Source: Syntrophales bacterium
GTDB lineage: Bacteria; Desulfobacterota; Syntrophia; Syntrophales; UBA2210
Assembly: GCA_963666365.2 (NCBI GenBank)
Contig: CAXXNF010000002.1
Location: 1,920,001 to 1,984,000, forward strand
Length of the DNA: 64,000 nt
Direction: 5' to 3'
Position numbers and translations under genes: made by a program. The notes beneath the pieces are model-generated. The model searched no databases. It worked only from the letters and a program-made list of their open reading frames with translations, and was not told the origin of the DNA. Below, one piece after another: positions 9,924 through 20,095 of this stretch. How positions within the stretch are numbered: position 1 is the stretch's first letter; every line of letters starts with the position of its first letter.

Positions 9924-10360
9924 TGTCCGGAAGAGAGTATCCACAGCACCCGCGGGTTGGAGTAGGTGCGATAGTGATCAGAAACAACGCCGTCCTTCTT
10001 GTCAGAAGAGGAAACCCGCCGGGGAAAGATCTCTGGGCAATCCCCGGGGGCCGTCTTCGGCTCGGAGAAAGCCTCCAGGAGGCGGCGGAACGTGAAATAA
10101 TGGAAGAAACGGGAGTGCGCATACGGGCCGGCAGCCCTCTCTATACCTTTGACTTTATCGAAAGGGACTCTGAAGGCCGCATTCGTTACCACTATGTTAT
10201 CGTTGACCTTCACGCGGAGTATATGAGCGGTGAACCCTGCGGCGGCGATGATGCACTGGAAGCTCTATGGGTTACAGAGCAGGAGTTGAAAAGTTTGAAC
10301 CTGTCGGCAAATACCCTCGCCCTTTTGAAGATCTTACAATTCAGCCCCGGACCGGCATGA
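9923..10360 (+). CDS. Nudix hydrolase (ADP-ribose pyrophosphatase-like)
   Basis: Nudix box GGRLRLGESLQEAAEREIMEETG; TAATG stop/start overlap with the NRDE gene. Confidence 0.88.
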   Translation: MSGREYPQHPRVGVGAIVIRNNAVLLVRRGNPPGKDLWAIPGGRLRLGESLQEAAEREIMEETGVRIRAGSPLYTFDFIERDSEGRIRYHYVIVDLHAEYMSGEPCGGDDALEALWVTEQELKSLNLSANTLALLKILQFSPGPA

Positions 10361-10432
10361 CAGAAGATCATCCGGCCCGGCATGAAAAAGTCCTACTCGT
10401 CGATCCGGGGCGAGAGAATTCCCCCTCTACCA

Positions 10433-10460
10433 TTGAACCCTCGCCCCCTTGAATCTTTGA
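10433..10460. repeat. Degenerate 8-nt tandem repeat
   Basis: TTGAACCC TCGCCCCC TTGAATCT TTGA. Confidence 0.4.
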
Positions 10461-10470
10461 GCGCCTTCCA

Positions 10471-10902
10471 CTACAAACGGTAGATTTTATCTCCGGGCAG
10501 AATAACAAACCCCTTCTCCTGCAGCGCCTCTATGGCATCATCGGTACGATCGAACCTGAAGATAATGATCGCGTTTTCTCCACTCCTTTCGACAAAGGCG
10601 TAGGTATATTCCACATTAACACCTTTTTTCGAAAGTGTTTCCACGATGCTGTGAAGCCCCCCCGGCCTGTCGGGAATTTCAACGGCTACCACGGAAGAAC
10701 GCCGCACCGTGAATCCTTCTTCCTGCAATGTTTTTTCTGCGAGGTTCGTATCATTGACAATAAGCCTCAAGATGCCGAAATCGGAAGTGTCGGCGAGAGA
10801 AAGCGCACGAATATTAATGTCCGCATCCTTGAGAACCCTCGTGACATATTCAAGTCCCCCCGGTTTATTCTCCAAAAATATGGAAATCTGTTCCACCTTC
10901 AT
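10471..10902 (-). CDS. Tandem ACT-domain protein (PaaK-associated)
   Basis: MKVEQISIFLENKPG...LSLADTSDFGILRLIV...DRPGGL; GGGAGG SD before ATG 10902. Confidence 0.88.
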   Translation of the reverse strand: MKVEQISIFLENKPGGLEYVTRVLKDADINIRALSLADTSDFGILRLIVNDTNLAEKTLQEEGFTVRRSSVVAVEIPDRPGGLHSIVETLSKKGVNVEYTYAFVERSGENAIIIFRFDRTDDAIEALQEKGFVILPGDKIYRL

Positions 10903-10923
10903 ATCAACCTCCCGCATGCTCTC

Positions 10924-12225
10924 TTATATTTGCCGTTTATCCAGGACGCGCTGCGACTTTCCTTCGAAACGCTGCAGATGCTTCGGCTCCACCAGTTTCA
11001 CCGCTGCCGTGACGCCTAAATAATCTTTGATGTCTTTGGCAATACGTCTCTCAATTTGCTGAAGCGCCCTTACCTCGTCGGAAAAGATCTGCTCACTGAC
11101 CTCAACGCGAACTTCCAGCGTATCAAGCGTTCCTTCTCTGTCCACAATCAGCTGGTAGTGGGGCTCAAGTCCCTCAATCGCCAAAAGCACACTTTCAATC
11201 TGCGAGGGGAACACATTGACGCCCCTGATGATGAGCATGTCATCACTTCTTCCGGACACTCTCGCCATTCGAGTGAGCGTTCTCCCGCACCTGCAGGGGG
11301 CTTTTATCAACGATGACAAGTCCCGGGTTCTATATCTGATCAGCGGAAAAGCCTCTTTTGTAAGGGAGGTAAAGACCAGTTCACCGATCTCACCGTTTTT
11401 TACGGACTCTTCCGTAGCGGGATTGATCACTTCCACAATAAAGTGATCCTCGAACACGTGAAGGCCGCTTTTCCCCTCTATGCATTCCATGGCGACGCCG
11501 GGGCCTATGATTTCAGAAAGACCGTAAATATCGAGAGCCCTGATCCCAAGCCGTTCTTCAATTTCCTCTCTCATCTGCTCACTCCAGGGCTCGGCGCCGA
11601 GAATCCCGACCCTGAGACGCAGGGATTTCATGTCCACACCCATTTCCTCACCCTGCTCGACCAGATAAAGGGCGTAAGAAGGGGTACAGCATATTGCCGT
11701 AGGACCGAAGTCCTGGAGTATCATGACCTGCTTCTTCGTGCTTCCGCCCGACATGGGAATCACGCTGGCGCCGAGTTTTTCCGCGCCATAGTGGGCCCCC
11801 AATCCCCCCGTAAAAAGACCGTAACCATAGGCATTGTGAATGATGTCATTTTTTGTCAGACCGGCGGCAACAAATGATCTCGCCATCAACGTCGACCACG
11901 TATCAATATCGCGCTTCGTATATCCCACGACCGTAGGCTTTCCCGTGGTACCCGACGATGCATGGAGTCGAATCACGTTCCCCATGGGAACGGCAAAGAG
12001 ACCGAAGGGATAATTATCCTTGAGATCCTGTTTGGTAGTGAAGGGAAGCCGTCTGATATCATCCAGACTTTTAATATCCTCGGGGGTTACGCCTGCCTCG
12101 TCAAAGGCTCGGCGGTAAAAACCCACCGTGTGATAGACTCGCTCGGCCACCTGCTGCAACCTCTTTAATTGAAGCGCCTCCAATGCCTCCCGTGGCAATG
12201 TTTCAAACTCTTCATCGTAAATCAT
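10924..12225 (-). CDS. paaK: Phenylacetate-CoA ligase
   Basis: [54 protein letters not shown]. Confidence 0.9.
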   Translation of the reverse strand: MIYDEEFETLPREALEALQLKRLQQVAERVYHTVGFYRRAFDEAGVTPEDIKSLDDIRRLPFTTKQDLKDNYPFGLFAVPMGNVIRLHASSGTTGKPTVVGYTKRDIDTWSTLMARSFVAAGLTKNDIIHNAYGYGLFTGGLGAHYGAEKLGASVIPMSGGSTKKQVMILQDFGPTAICCTPSYALYLVEQGEEMGVDMKSLRLRVGILGAEPWSEQMREEIEERLGIRALDIYGLSEIIGPGVAMECIEGKSGLHVFEDHFIVEVINPATEESVKNGEIGELVFTSLTKEAFPLIRYRTRDLSSLIKAPCRCGRTLTRMARVSGRSDDMLIIRGVNVFPSQIESVLLAIEGLEPHYQLIVDREGTLDTLEVRVEVSEQIFSDEVRALQQIERRIAKDIKDYLGVTAAVKLVEPKHLQRFEGKSQRVLDKRQI

Positions 12226-12289
12226 TTCACGATCTCCTTTTTCACAGTATTCTCCTCTTTGTCCCGCTCACAGTGGTATTTGAAAAATT

Positions 12290-14098
12290 CTATTGACTGT
12301 ACATGGCGTCGATCTCTTTTCCGTATTTTTCCAGAACCACCCTCCGCTTAAGCTTCATTGTCTGTGTCAATGTCCCGTTTTCAAGAGAAAAATTCTCTTT
12401 AAGATATATAAATTTTTTGGGAATTTCATAATGGCCGTATTTGCCTTCAAGGCTGCGGGTAATCTCCGCGCCGATCAGTGCCTTGATAGTTTCGTTTTCA
12501 ACCATTTGGGCGGGGTCCGTCGGAAGTCCCTTTTCCCGGGCATATTTCTCCAGCACCGCGAAATCGGGGACAATCAGCGCAATGGTGTAGGCACGCGACT
12601 CCCCGAAGATCATAGCCTGTTCCACAAAAGGAACGAGCTTGATATCTTCTTCAAGTGAAACGGGAAAGACGAATTTGCCGTTTTCAAGCTTGAATTGCTC
12701 TTTAATACGTCCCGTAATAAAGAGATACCCATCCTCATCGAGCCTTCCGCGGTCACCGGTCCGGAATCCACCGTCCTCAGTCATAACTTTTTTCGTTTCC
12801 TCGGGCTTGTTGTGATAGCCTTTCATGACGTTGGGTCCGTAGACGATAATCTCTCCGTCATCTTTTTCCAGATCACCCAGACTTTTGTCGATTACCACCT
12901 TAATTTTGTCAATGGGTTTCCCCACACTTCCCAACCGGTTGTTCGAAGGTGAATTAATGGTCACTGCAGGCGATGTCTCGGTCAAACCATAACAATCGTA
13001 GGTGGGGATGCCGATATCGTGAAAAAAGTGCGCGATCTCGATATTCATCACGGCGCTTGCCGTGAGGGCGCCTTTGAGACGGCCGCCGAAGCGCGCCCTG
13101 ATTTTTGAAAAAACAATCTTGTCGGCAATCTTGAATTTCAGATTCGTCCAGGCGCTCGATTCGCCTTTTGCGGCAAGCGCTCTTTTTTTCTTTGCGCTCT
13201 CCACACCCATGACAAACAATTTTTTTGCCACCCCGCCCTCTTCATTCATGCGCGCCCACAGACCGTCATAGACACGATTGAAGATACGGGGAACGGCAAT
13301 CAGAAATGTCGGCTTGACTTTTCCGAGATCTTCCGCAATGGTGTTCAGGCTCTCGGCCAATCCCATGGAAGCGCCGAGTCGAATGAAAGAATAGAGATCC
13401 GCCGTCTGCCCGTAGGAATGAGCCCAGGGCAAAATCGGCAGTGAACGTTCATTTTCATCGAATTCCGGATAGAGCTTTGTGGCCGCATGAGCGTTGCTCG
13501 TAAAATTACCATGACTCAGCAGCACACCCTTGGGTTCCCCTGTCGTCCCGGAGGTGTAGATCAGCACGGCGATATCATCGGCGTCAGGATGCAGTGAAGG
13601 TACAGGATTCTGCGCTCCACTTTTTTCCAGCGCCTTCATTGTAGCTTCGCCTTCCCCTTCAATAAGATAGATGTGTGCCAGTGTTGGGATATCTTTTTGA
13701 AATTCCTTTACTTGCTCATATATTTCCGGTTTCGATACAAAAAGTATCTTCAGAGCGCTGTCAGCGATTATATACTTCCATACCTGAACCAACTCGGCTT
13801 CGTACATGGGGACATAACGGGCGCCGAGACCGTATACGGCAAAGGCGATGACGGCCCATTCTTCCCGGTTGTTTGCGATGACCCCTACGGCATCGCCCTT
13901 TGTCACGCCCAGTGACGCGAGACCTCCTCGAAGATTATCCACCCGCTTGGCAACCTCTCCATAAGTGCTCCATAGATATTCTCCATCGGGGCCTTTCGTT
14001 CCAAAAAGAGGATTGTCATTGTACCGCGACACGCTTTCTTCAAACAAATCGACCAAATTGTCAGGTTTATCCAGTGTATACACAAGTTCCCTCCTCAT
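12290..14098 (-). CDS. Long-chain fatty acid-CoA ligase (AMP-forming)
   Basis: YTSGTTGEPKGV, YGLTETSP, FRTGD, GRIKE, LTQTMKLKR. Confidence 0.9.
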   Translation of the reverse strand: MRRELVYTLDKPDNLVDLFEESVSRYNDNPLFGTKGPDGEYLWSTYGEVAKRVDNLRGGLASLGVTKGDAVGVIANNREEWAVIAFAVYGLGARYVPMYEAELVQVWKYIIADSALKILFVSKPEIYEQVKEFQKDIPTLAHIYLIEGEGEATMKALEKSGAQNPVPSLHPDADDIAVLIYTSGTTGEPKGVLLSHGNFTSNAHAATKLYPEFDENERSLPILPWAHSYGQTADLYSFIRLGASMGLAESLNTIAEDLGKVKPTFLIAVPRIFNRVYDGLWARMNEEGGVAKKLFVMGVESAKKKRALAAKGESSAWTNLKFKIADKIVFSKIRARFGGRLKGALTASAVMNIEIAHFFHDIGIPTYDCYGLTETSPAVTINSPSNNRLGSVGKPIDKIKVVIDKSLGDLEKDDGEIIVYGPNVMKGYHNKPEETKKVMTEDGGFRTGDRGRLDEDGYLFITGRIKEQFKLENGKFVFPVSLEEDIKLVPFVEQAMIFGESRAYTIALIVPDFAVLEKYAREKGLPTDPAQMVENETIKALIGAEITRSLEGKYGHYEIPKKFIYLKENFSLENGTLTQTMKLKRRVVLEKYGKEIDAMYSQ

Positions 14099-14349
14099 TC
14101 TCCTTGAGGATCTTCCTTTGAGGTCGATCCTCCACGTTAGCAGTCAGTTGCCCTATCCGACACCCCATTGTAAGTTCACTGCATATCATTTTTACTACAG
14201 CACCGGCAGATCTTGTAATTAAAACTTCTTTTTGAAGTATCAAAATATTCAGCAGAATACAAGCAGTAACGCTTTTTGGAACCAGAGGAAAAACACTTGA
14301 CATTCCGTACGGTATAATTTATTTAAATTTTTATTTAAACTTTATAGTA

Positions 14350-14363
14350 TAACTATTTAGTTA
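14350..14363. promoter_or_regulatory. Putative TetR operator
   Basis: Perfect inverted repeat TAACTA-TT-TAGTTA in the AT-rich region upstream of the TetR gene. Confidence 0.55.
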
Positions 14364-14407
14364 AAATAAATGCGCCCTATTGAAAAATCAAATCTGAAAG
14401 TGATGAG

Positions 14408-15058
14408 ATGACTCACGAATCGATTACAGAAAAACGTCTTGAAACAAATCGGCGCATCCTCGATGCAGCAAAGGATGTTTTTGCGGAAAGTGGATTTGCC
14501 GGTGCCCGTATCGATGAAATCGCCCTTCGTGCAGGGGTGAACAAGGCAACGATTTACTATCATATCGGCAACAAAAAAACGCTCTATGCCGAAACCATTC
14601 ATGAGGTGTTGGAAAATGCCACCGAAAAGATTGCACTGGCCATTGGCAAATCGAGAAATCCCGAGGAAAAGCTCTATCATTACATCCACACCATTGCCCG
14701 TACGATTGACGACAACCCCCAGATGGCGCCGATCATATTGCGGGAAATTGCTTCTGGGACACAAAATATACCCGATATTATACCCAGAGATATGGCGCAA
14801 ATAATAGGAATGCTCTCGGAAATCCTTGAAGAAGGACTTCAGAGGAGTATTTTTGTGAAAACGATGCCCGCCGTCATTCACCTTATGATTATCGGATCAC
14901 TCCTCCTCTATAAGGCCGGGACAAACATTCGACGACAGCACAGGGAACTGTCCCTTGCATTTAATGAGAACGATTCGGAAAATCCTGCAAGGTTTATCAA
15001 CGAGGTGGGAAGACTTATCGCTCGAGCCTTAGCCGGACATGCTGAATTCTCCAGCTGA
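14408..15058 (+). CDS. TetR/AcrR family transcriptional regulator
   Basis: ILDAAKDVFAESGFAGARIDEIALRAGVNKATIYYH. Confidence 0.92.
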   Translation: MTHESITEKRLETNRRILDAAKDVFAESGFAGARIDEIALRAGVNKATIYYHIGNKKTLYAETIHEVLENATEKIALAIGKSRNPEEKLYHYIHTIARTIDDNPQMAPIILREIASGTQNIPDIIPRDMAQIIGMLSEILEEGLQRSIFVKTMPAVIHLMIIGSLLLYKAGTNIRRQHRELSLAFNENDSENPARFINEVGRLIARALAGHAEFSS

Positions 15059-15093
15059 GATTCTTCATTGGTGCCGACCGGAGCTGAAACGTA

Positions 15094-16266
15094 ATGGCAA
15101 TAAAAAAAATGATGATCGGCATAGTTTTTATATGTCTTTTAATGGTCGTTGCCCTTCTTGTCTATGTGGGGCAATGGCAAAAAGGGAGAAGCAGTCTCTA
15201 TTATTCCGGGACATTTGAAGCGACTGCAGCCCACCTGGCCTTTCAGACCGCAGGAAAAATCGTTCGGGTCCATGTGGATGAAGGACAGAGGGCAGAAAAA
15301 GATCAACTCCTCGCGGAACTTGACCGCAATGAATTACAGGCCAGATACGATCAGGCTGCAGCAAAGCTTGCACAGGCCCGTCTTGTGCTGGAACAGAGGA
15401 GGATGCTTCTTGATCTTTACCGCCGGACGCTGCCCGCCGAGGTAGAACGTGTCAAAGCAGCGGCCAAGGCGGCGGCCTTTCAGCTTGCCGAGCTTCGGGC
15501 GGGTACCCGTGCACAGGATATTGAACGAGCCCAACAAACCATGCTCGCCGCCCGCGCCGTCAAGGAGGACGCGCAAAAAAATCGGGACAAATACGACATT
15601 CTGTTTCAAAAAGGGATTATCTCCGAAAAAGAATGGGATGCCGTGAACTTGAGATATGAAACGACCCTGCGTGATTACGAGCGGAGCAGAGAAGCCTACA
15701 ATCTTGCGAAAGAAGGCGTCCGCAAAGAAACGATTCAGGCTGCCCAGGCGCGGCTGGCGGAAGCCGAGGTTGCAGTAACACAGTCCCGAAGCAATTTGAA
15801 AAGGATAGATGTGGCGGAAAAGGATGTCGACGCCGCCCAAGCGCAGGTTAACTTGGCCGAAGCGTCACGCACACAGGCACAGATAGCTCTCGGGTACACC
15901 CAGTTAAGGGCGCCCTTCGCAGGGATCATCACATGCCGCAGTATTGAACCGGGCGAGTGTGTCACAGCCGGAGAAGAGGTACTGACCTTATCCGATCTTT
16001 CGACAATGGATCTCAAGATTTTTGTTGACGAAACCCGCATAGGCGCGGTCAGACCCGGACAAAAAGTGGAGGTCCGCGTAGACAGCTTCCCCGGAAGATC
16101 TTTTGACGGCAAGGTCACTTTCATTTCTCCGGAAGGTGAATTCACCCCCAAAATTATTCAAACACAAAAGGAACGGGTGAAGCTGGTCTACCTTGTGAAA
16201 GTATCGCTTCCAAATTCCGATCTGTCACTAAAGCCGGGAATGCCGGCAGATGCATGGCTTAAATGA
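15094..16266 (+). CDS. HlyD family periplasmic adaptor (YbhG-like)
   Basis: N-terminal TM, lipoyl-like halves, long coiled coil, EFTPKIIQT...RVKLVY, LKPGMPAD. Confidence 0.88.
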   Translation: MAIKKMMIGIVFICLLMVVALLVYVGQWQKGRSSLYYSGTFEATAAHLAFQTAGKIVRVHVDEGQRAEKDQLLAELDRNELQARYDQAAAKLAQARLVLEQRRMLLDLYRRTLPAEVERVKAAAKAAAFQLAELRAGTRAQDIERAQQTMLAARAVKEDAQKNRDKYDILFQKGIISEKEWDAVNLRYETTLRDYERSREAYNLAKEGVRKETIQAAQARLAEAEVAVTQSRSNLKRIDVAEKDVDAAQAQVNLAEASRTQAQIALGYTQLRAPFAGIITCRSIEPGECVTAGEEVLTLSDLSTMDLKIFVDETRIGAVRPGQKVEVRVDSFPGRSFDGKVTFISPEGEFTPKIIQTQKERVKLVYLVKVSLPNSDLSLKPGMPADAWLK

Positions 16267-16284
16267 TTTTCACCATCGAATGAC

Positions 16285-17085
16285 ATGAACAGCGCACATC
16301 ACACCACAGGGGACAGTAATCGAAAGGTGAGCAACGAAGCCTTTATCACCATCGACGGCCTCTCCATTTGTTTTGGTCATCTTAATGCCCTGACGCATGT
16401 CTCACTGTCCATAGAGAAAGGCGCCATATTCGGTGTAGTGGGCTCAGATGGCGCGGGAAAATCGACATTGCTGCGTACAATGGCGATGATGATCAGGCCC
16501 ACGAAGGGAAATATTATCATTGGGGGACGAAATACCGTTGAACATCGGCGGGAACTCAAGCCCTTAATCGGCTATATGCCGCAACGCTTCGGACTCTATG
16601 CCGATCTCACCGTAATTGAAAACGTGAATTTCTTTATGGACATATTTGATATCCGAGGAATTGACCGGAGAGAGCGCATAGAACGATATCTGGGCTTTTC
16701 GAACCTGCTTCCCTTCGTCGACCGGCAGGCAGGCAATCTGTCCGGTGGGATGAAACAGAAATTGGGACTTGCCTGCGTGCTGGTTCATGAACCGCAGGTG
16801 CTTATCCTTGACGAGCCCACCAACGGCGTCGACCCCCTCTCACGAAGAGAATTCTGGGATATTCTCATACAGATGCAGGCCGAAGGCATGACCATCGTGG
16901 TGTCCACTGCCTATCTCGACGAGGGAGAAAAATGCGACCGCCTTGCGCTTCTGCATCGTGCGGAACTCATTGATGTTGTATCTCCCCGTCGGCTGCGCGA
17001 GGGGTTCCCCACCCTTGAGGATGCCCTTATCGATCGTCTTACGGAGGCAGACGAGGAGTTGAATCATGACAGTTTCAAACGATGA
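16285..17085 (+). CDS. ABC exporter ATP-binding protein (like the YbhF N-half)
   Basis: GSDGAGKST, GYMPQRFGLY, LSGGMKQKL, LDEPTNGVDP. Confidence 0.88.
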   Translation: MNSAHHTTGDSNRKVSNEAFITIDGLSICFGHLNALTHVSLSIEKGAIFGVVGSDGAGKSTLLRTMAMMIRPTKGNIIIGGRNTVEHRRELKPLIGYMPQRFGLYADLTVIENVNFFMDIFDIRGIDRRERIERYLGFSNLLPFVDRQAGNLSGGMKQKLGLACVLVHEPQVLILDEPTNGVDPLSRREFWDILIQMQAEGMTIVVSTAYLDEGEKCDRLALLHRAELIDVVSPRRLREGFPTLEDALIDRLTEADEELNHDSFKR

Positions 17086-17821
17086 CGTCATCGCCGTGGA
17101 AGAACTTGTCAAAAATTTCGGGGACTTTACGGCGGTAGATCACATCAGCTTTTCCGTGCGCAAGGGAGAAATATTCGGATTTCTCGGCGCCAACGGTTCG
17201 GGCAAATCGACAACCATCCGCATGCTCTGCGGCATACTGACCCCCACTTCCGGTACCGGTCATGTGGCCGGGCACGACATCTTCACTGCGCCGGAGCGCA
17301 TCAAGCAATCCATTGGATATATGTCGCAGAAATTCTCCCTCTATGATGAGCTGACACCCTATGAGAACCTCCGTTTTTACTTGGGCGTATACCGCATACC
17401 AACCCGCAACTGGAAGGTACGTATAGAATGGGTGCTGGAAATGACCCGTCTTTCTTCGGTGCAACACAGGTTGACAGGGGATCTTCCCCAAGGTTGGAAA
17501 CAGCGTCTCGCCTTGGGGTCATCGCTTTTGCACAAACCGAACATACTGTTTCTCGATGAACCCACCTCCGGCGTCGACCCGGTTACCCGCCGACATTTCT
17601 GGAATTTTATCGGCGATCTCGCCAATGAAGGCGTGACGGCCTTCGTCACCACCCATTACATGGATGAAGCGCAAAACTGCAACCGAATTGTGATGATCAA
17701 TCAGGGGAAAATAGTCGCATCCGGCTCTCCGGACACAATAATACGCGAGGCCTGCCCGGGCAGCCCGGATGTTGACCTTAATGATGCCTTTATTGCCATC
17801 ATGTCGCGGAAAAACCAATGA
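17066..17821 (+). CDS. ABC exporter ATP-binding protein (like the YbhF C-half)
   Basis: GANGSGKST, GYMSQKFSLY, LPQGWKQRL, LDEPTSGVDP, THYMDEA. Confidence 0.88.
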   Translation: MTVSNDDVIAVEELVKNFGDFTAVDHISFSVRKGEIFGFLGANGSGKSTTIRMLCGILTPTSGTGHVAGHDIFTAPERIKQSIGYMSQKFSLYDELTPYENLRFYLGVYRIPTRNWKVRIEWVLEMTRLSSVQHRLTGDLPQGWKQRLALGSSLLHKPNILFLDEPTSGVDPVTRRHFWNFIGDLANEGVTAFVTTHYMDEAQNCNRIVMINQGKIVASGSPDTIIREACPGSPDVDLNDAFIAIMSRKNQ

Positions 17822-18951
17822 AGATACGAATCGTTGCAGCCGTGGCGCGAAAAGAATACTATCACTTGATCCGGGATTTTCGAAGTCTTTATCTTGCCTT
17901 TGCCATTCCGATCATCCTAATTTTACTTTTCGGGTATGCCCTCAGTCTCGATGTGGAAAATATTAAAACGGTCGTAGTTGATCATGACCGAACGGACCTG
18001 AGCCGCGATTTTCTCCGTAAGTTTGAAGCATCCCCCTATTTCCAGATTGCCGCCTTTCTTCCGAACAGCGCAGCCGCTGCAAAGGCGCTCGATCACGGAT
18101 ACGCCACTATGGCGCTCATCATTCCCCCCGGATGGACCGCGGAGATACGCGCTGATCGGGAGTCCCCCCTGCAGATGCTTCTTGATGGAAGCGATCCCAA
18201 TTTCTCAGGCATCGCCCGTACCTACATCACCTCCTTTGTCGAAAGCTACAACAGCGGTCTCCTCAAGGACTTTCTCAACCGTCGGGGCATTAGGGAGCTT
18301 CACAGTCCCGTGGAAGGAAGAGTCCGCCTGTGGTTCAATGAAGACCTGGAAAGCAGAAACTTCATCGTTCCCGGAATTATTGCCGTCATCATAATGATTG
18401 TAGGGGCCATTTTGACCTCGCTCGTCATTGCCAGAGAATATGAAAACGGAACAATGGAAACAATCCGCTCGCTTCCCCTCACCGCCTCGGAATTTCTCAT
18501 CGGCAAATCCGTACCCTACTTCTTCATCGGGCTCGCAGATGTGCTTGTCGCTGTCTTTATGGGACAGGTACTCTTTGGGGTGGTCATGAAATCGAGTTTT
18601 TTGCTCATGATATTGGCCTCCTCCCTGTATCTCATGGTGGCCCTTGCCCTGGGATTGCTCATTTCCTCCCTCACCAAATCACAACTGGTGGCAAACCAGG
18701 GCGCCATTCTTATCACCTATCTGCCATCACTGCTGCTTTCCAATTTTGTCTTTCCCGTCTCCAACATGCCGAAGCCTTTGCAGATGCTGACCTATGTAGT
18801 TCCCGCCACCTATTACGTCGATATCCTGGGGGGCATTTACCTCAAGCACCTGGGACTGGCGGACATGTGGCCGAGCTACTCTGTCATGGCGGTTATGGCA
18901 CTGGCGCTTATGCTGCTCAATGTCGTCGCTCTCCGCAGGGAGGGCTTTTAG
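17818..18951 (+). CDS. ABC-2 permease (YbhS-like)
   Basis: AREYENGTME, FIVPG, multiple TM segments. Confidence 0.85.
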   Translation: MKIRIVAAVARKEYYHLIRDFRSLYLAFAIPIILILLFGYALSLDVENIKTVVVDHDRTDLSRDFLRKFEASPYFQIAAFLPNSAAAAKALDHGYATMALIIPPGWTAEIRADRESPLQMLLDGSDPNFSGIARTYITSFVESYNSGLLKDFLNRRGIRELHSPVEGRVRLWFNEDLESRNFIVPGIIAVIIMIVGAILTSLVIAREYENGTMETIRSLPLTASEFLIGKSVPYFFIGLADVLVAVFMGQVLFGVVMKSSFLLMILASSLYLMVALALGLLISSLTKSQLVANQGAILITYLPSLLLSNFVFPVSNMPKPLQMLTYVVPATYYVDILGGIYLKHLGLADMWPSYSVMAVMALALMLLNVVALRREGF

Positions 18952-18952
18952 T

Positions 18953-20074
18953 ATGAGCTGGCTGAGAATACGGGAACTGGTCCGCAAGGAATTCATCCAG
19001 CTTTTTCGAGATCCGAAGAACCGGCGCGTGCTGATTATTGCTCCCATAATGCAGCTCATGATATTCGGCTATGTGGTCAACTATGATATCCGCACCATCA
19101 ATGTGGCCTTTCTCGACTATTCCCGGACACCGGAAAGTCGAAGATTGATTACCGCCTTTACGGGAAACGGCATTTTTCAGATAGTCGCAGGGGTCGCTGA
19201 TAACAACGCACTGGAAGCGCTGCTGCTGAAGGGCCGGTTGGATCTGGGGATCACGGTGCCGCCGGATTTTGCCGGAACGATCCAGAAAGGCAGAACCGCC
19301 TCGATTCAGGTTCTGGTCGACGGCAGCATGAGCAACATGGCCTCGCTGCGCATCGGCTACGCCCTGCAGGTGCTGGAGCGCTTTAACCGGGAACGGATGA
19401 GTGAACTCTATCCCATGCAACTCACCTACGGGCAAATCGACGGCCGTCTTCGTACCTGGTATAATCCCAATCTGGAAAGCCGGTACTTCTTTGTGCCCGG
19501 CATCGTCGCCTTTACGGTCGTGTTGATTTCGCTGCTTTTAACCTCTATTGCGATCATTAAGGAAAAAGAGGCCGGAACCATGGAACAGCTCATTGTAACA
19601 CCCCTGCGGCCCGTTGAACTTATCGCAGGGAAAACCATTCCCTATGTGCTTATATCCATCATCCAGATGCTCATCGTCACGCTTCTGGCACTCTACTGGT
19701 TTGAAATCCCCATGAAGGGAAATGTGCTGTTTCTTTTTTTCGCCACCTGTCTCTTTCTGATCAGCTCGATGGGGCTCGGTCTTTTTATCTCCACCGTCTC
19801 TTCAACACAGCAACAGGCAATGATGACCACCTTCTTCTTCATTCTTCCCATGTTCATGTTGAGTGGTTTTGTATTTCCTGTCGCCAATATGCCCATGGCT
19901 GTCAGATGGATCGCCTATTTGAACCCCCTCACGTATTTCCTCATAATTATAAGGGGAATTTTCCTTAAGGGCGTGGGATTCACTGTACTTTGGCCCCAGA
20001 TTGCCGCCCTCGTCGCCATTGGCTTTGCACTCTTTACGGGCTCGATCCGGCGCTTCAGAAAACGGCTGGATTAA
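18953..20074 (+). CDS. ABC-2 permease (YbhR-like)
   Basis: KEFIQLFRD, WYNPNL, KEKEAGTMEQLIVTP; start ATG 18953. Confidence 0.85.
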   Translation: MSWLRIRELVRKEFIQLFRDPKNRRVLIIAPIMQLMIFGYVVNYDIRTINVAFLDYSRTPESRRLITAFTGNGIFQIVAGVADNNALEALLLKGRLDLGITVPPDFAGTIQKGRTASIQVLVDGSMSNMASLRIGYALQVLERFNRERMSELYPMQLTYGQIDGRLRTWYNPNLESRYFFVPGIVAFTVVLISLLLTSIAIIKEKEAGTMEQLIVTPLRPVELIAGKTIPYVLISIIQMLIVTLLALYWFEIPMKGNVLFLFFATCLFLISSMGLGLFISTVSSTQQQAMMTTFFFILPMFMLSGFVFPVANMPMAVRWIAYLNPLTYFLIIIRGIFLKGVGFTVLWPQIAALVAIGFALFTGSIRRFRKRLD

Positions 20075-20095
20075 AAAAATAAAGGAGGAAACACT

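Noticed and set aside
10347..10385. 14-nt direct repeat CCGG(A/C)CCGGCATGA
   Set aside because: Only two copies; not CRISPR-like and no element lies between them.
14297..14318. Perfect TTGACA + TATAAT as one promoter
   Set aside because: The spacer is 10 nt, incompatible with sigma70 geometry.
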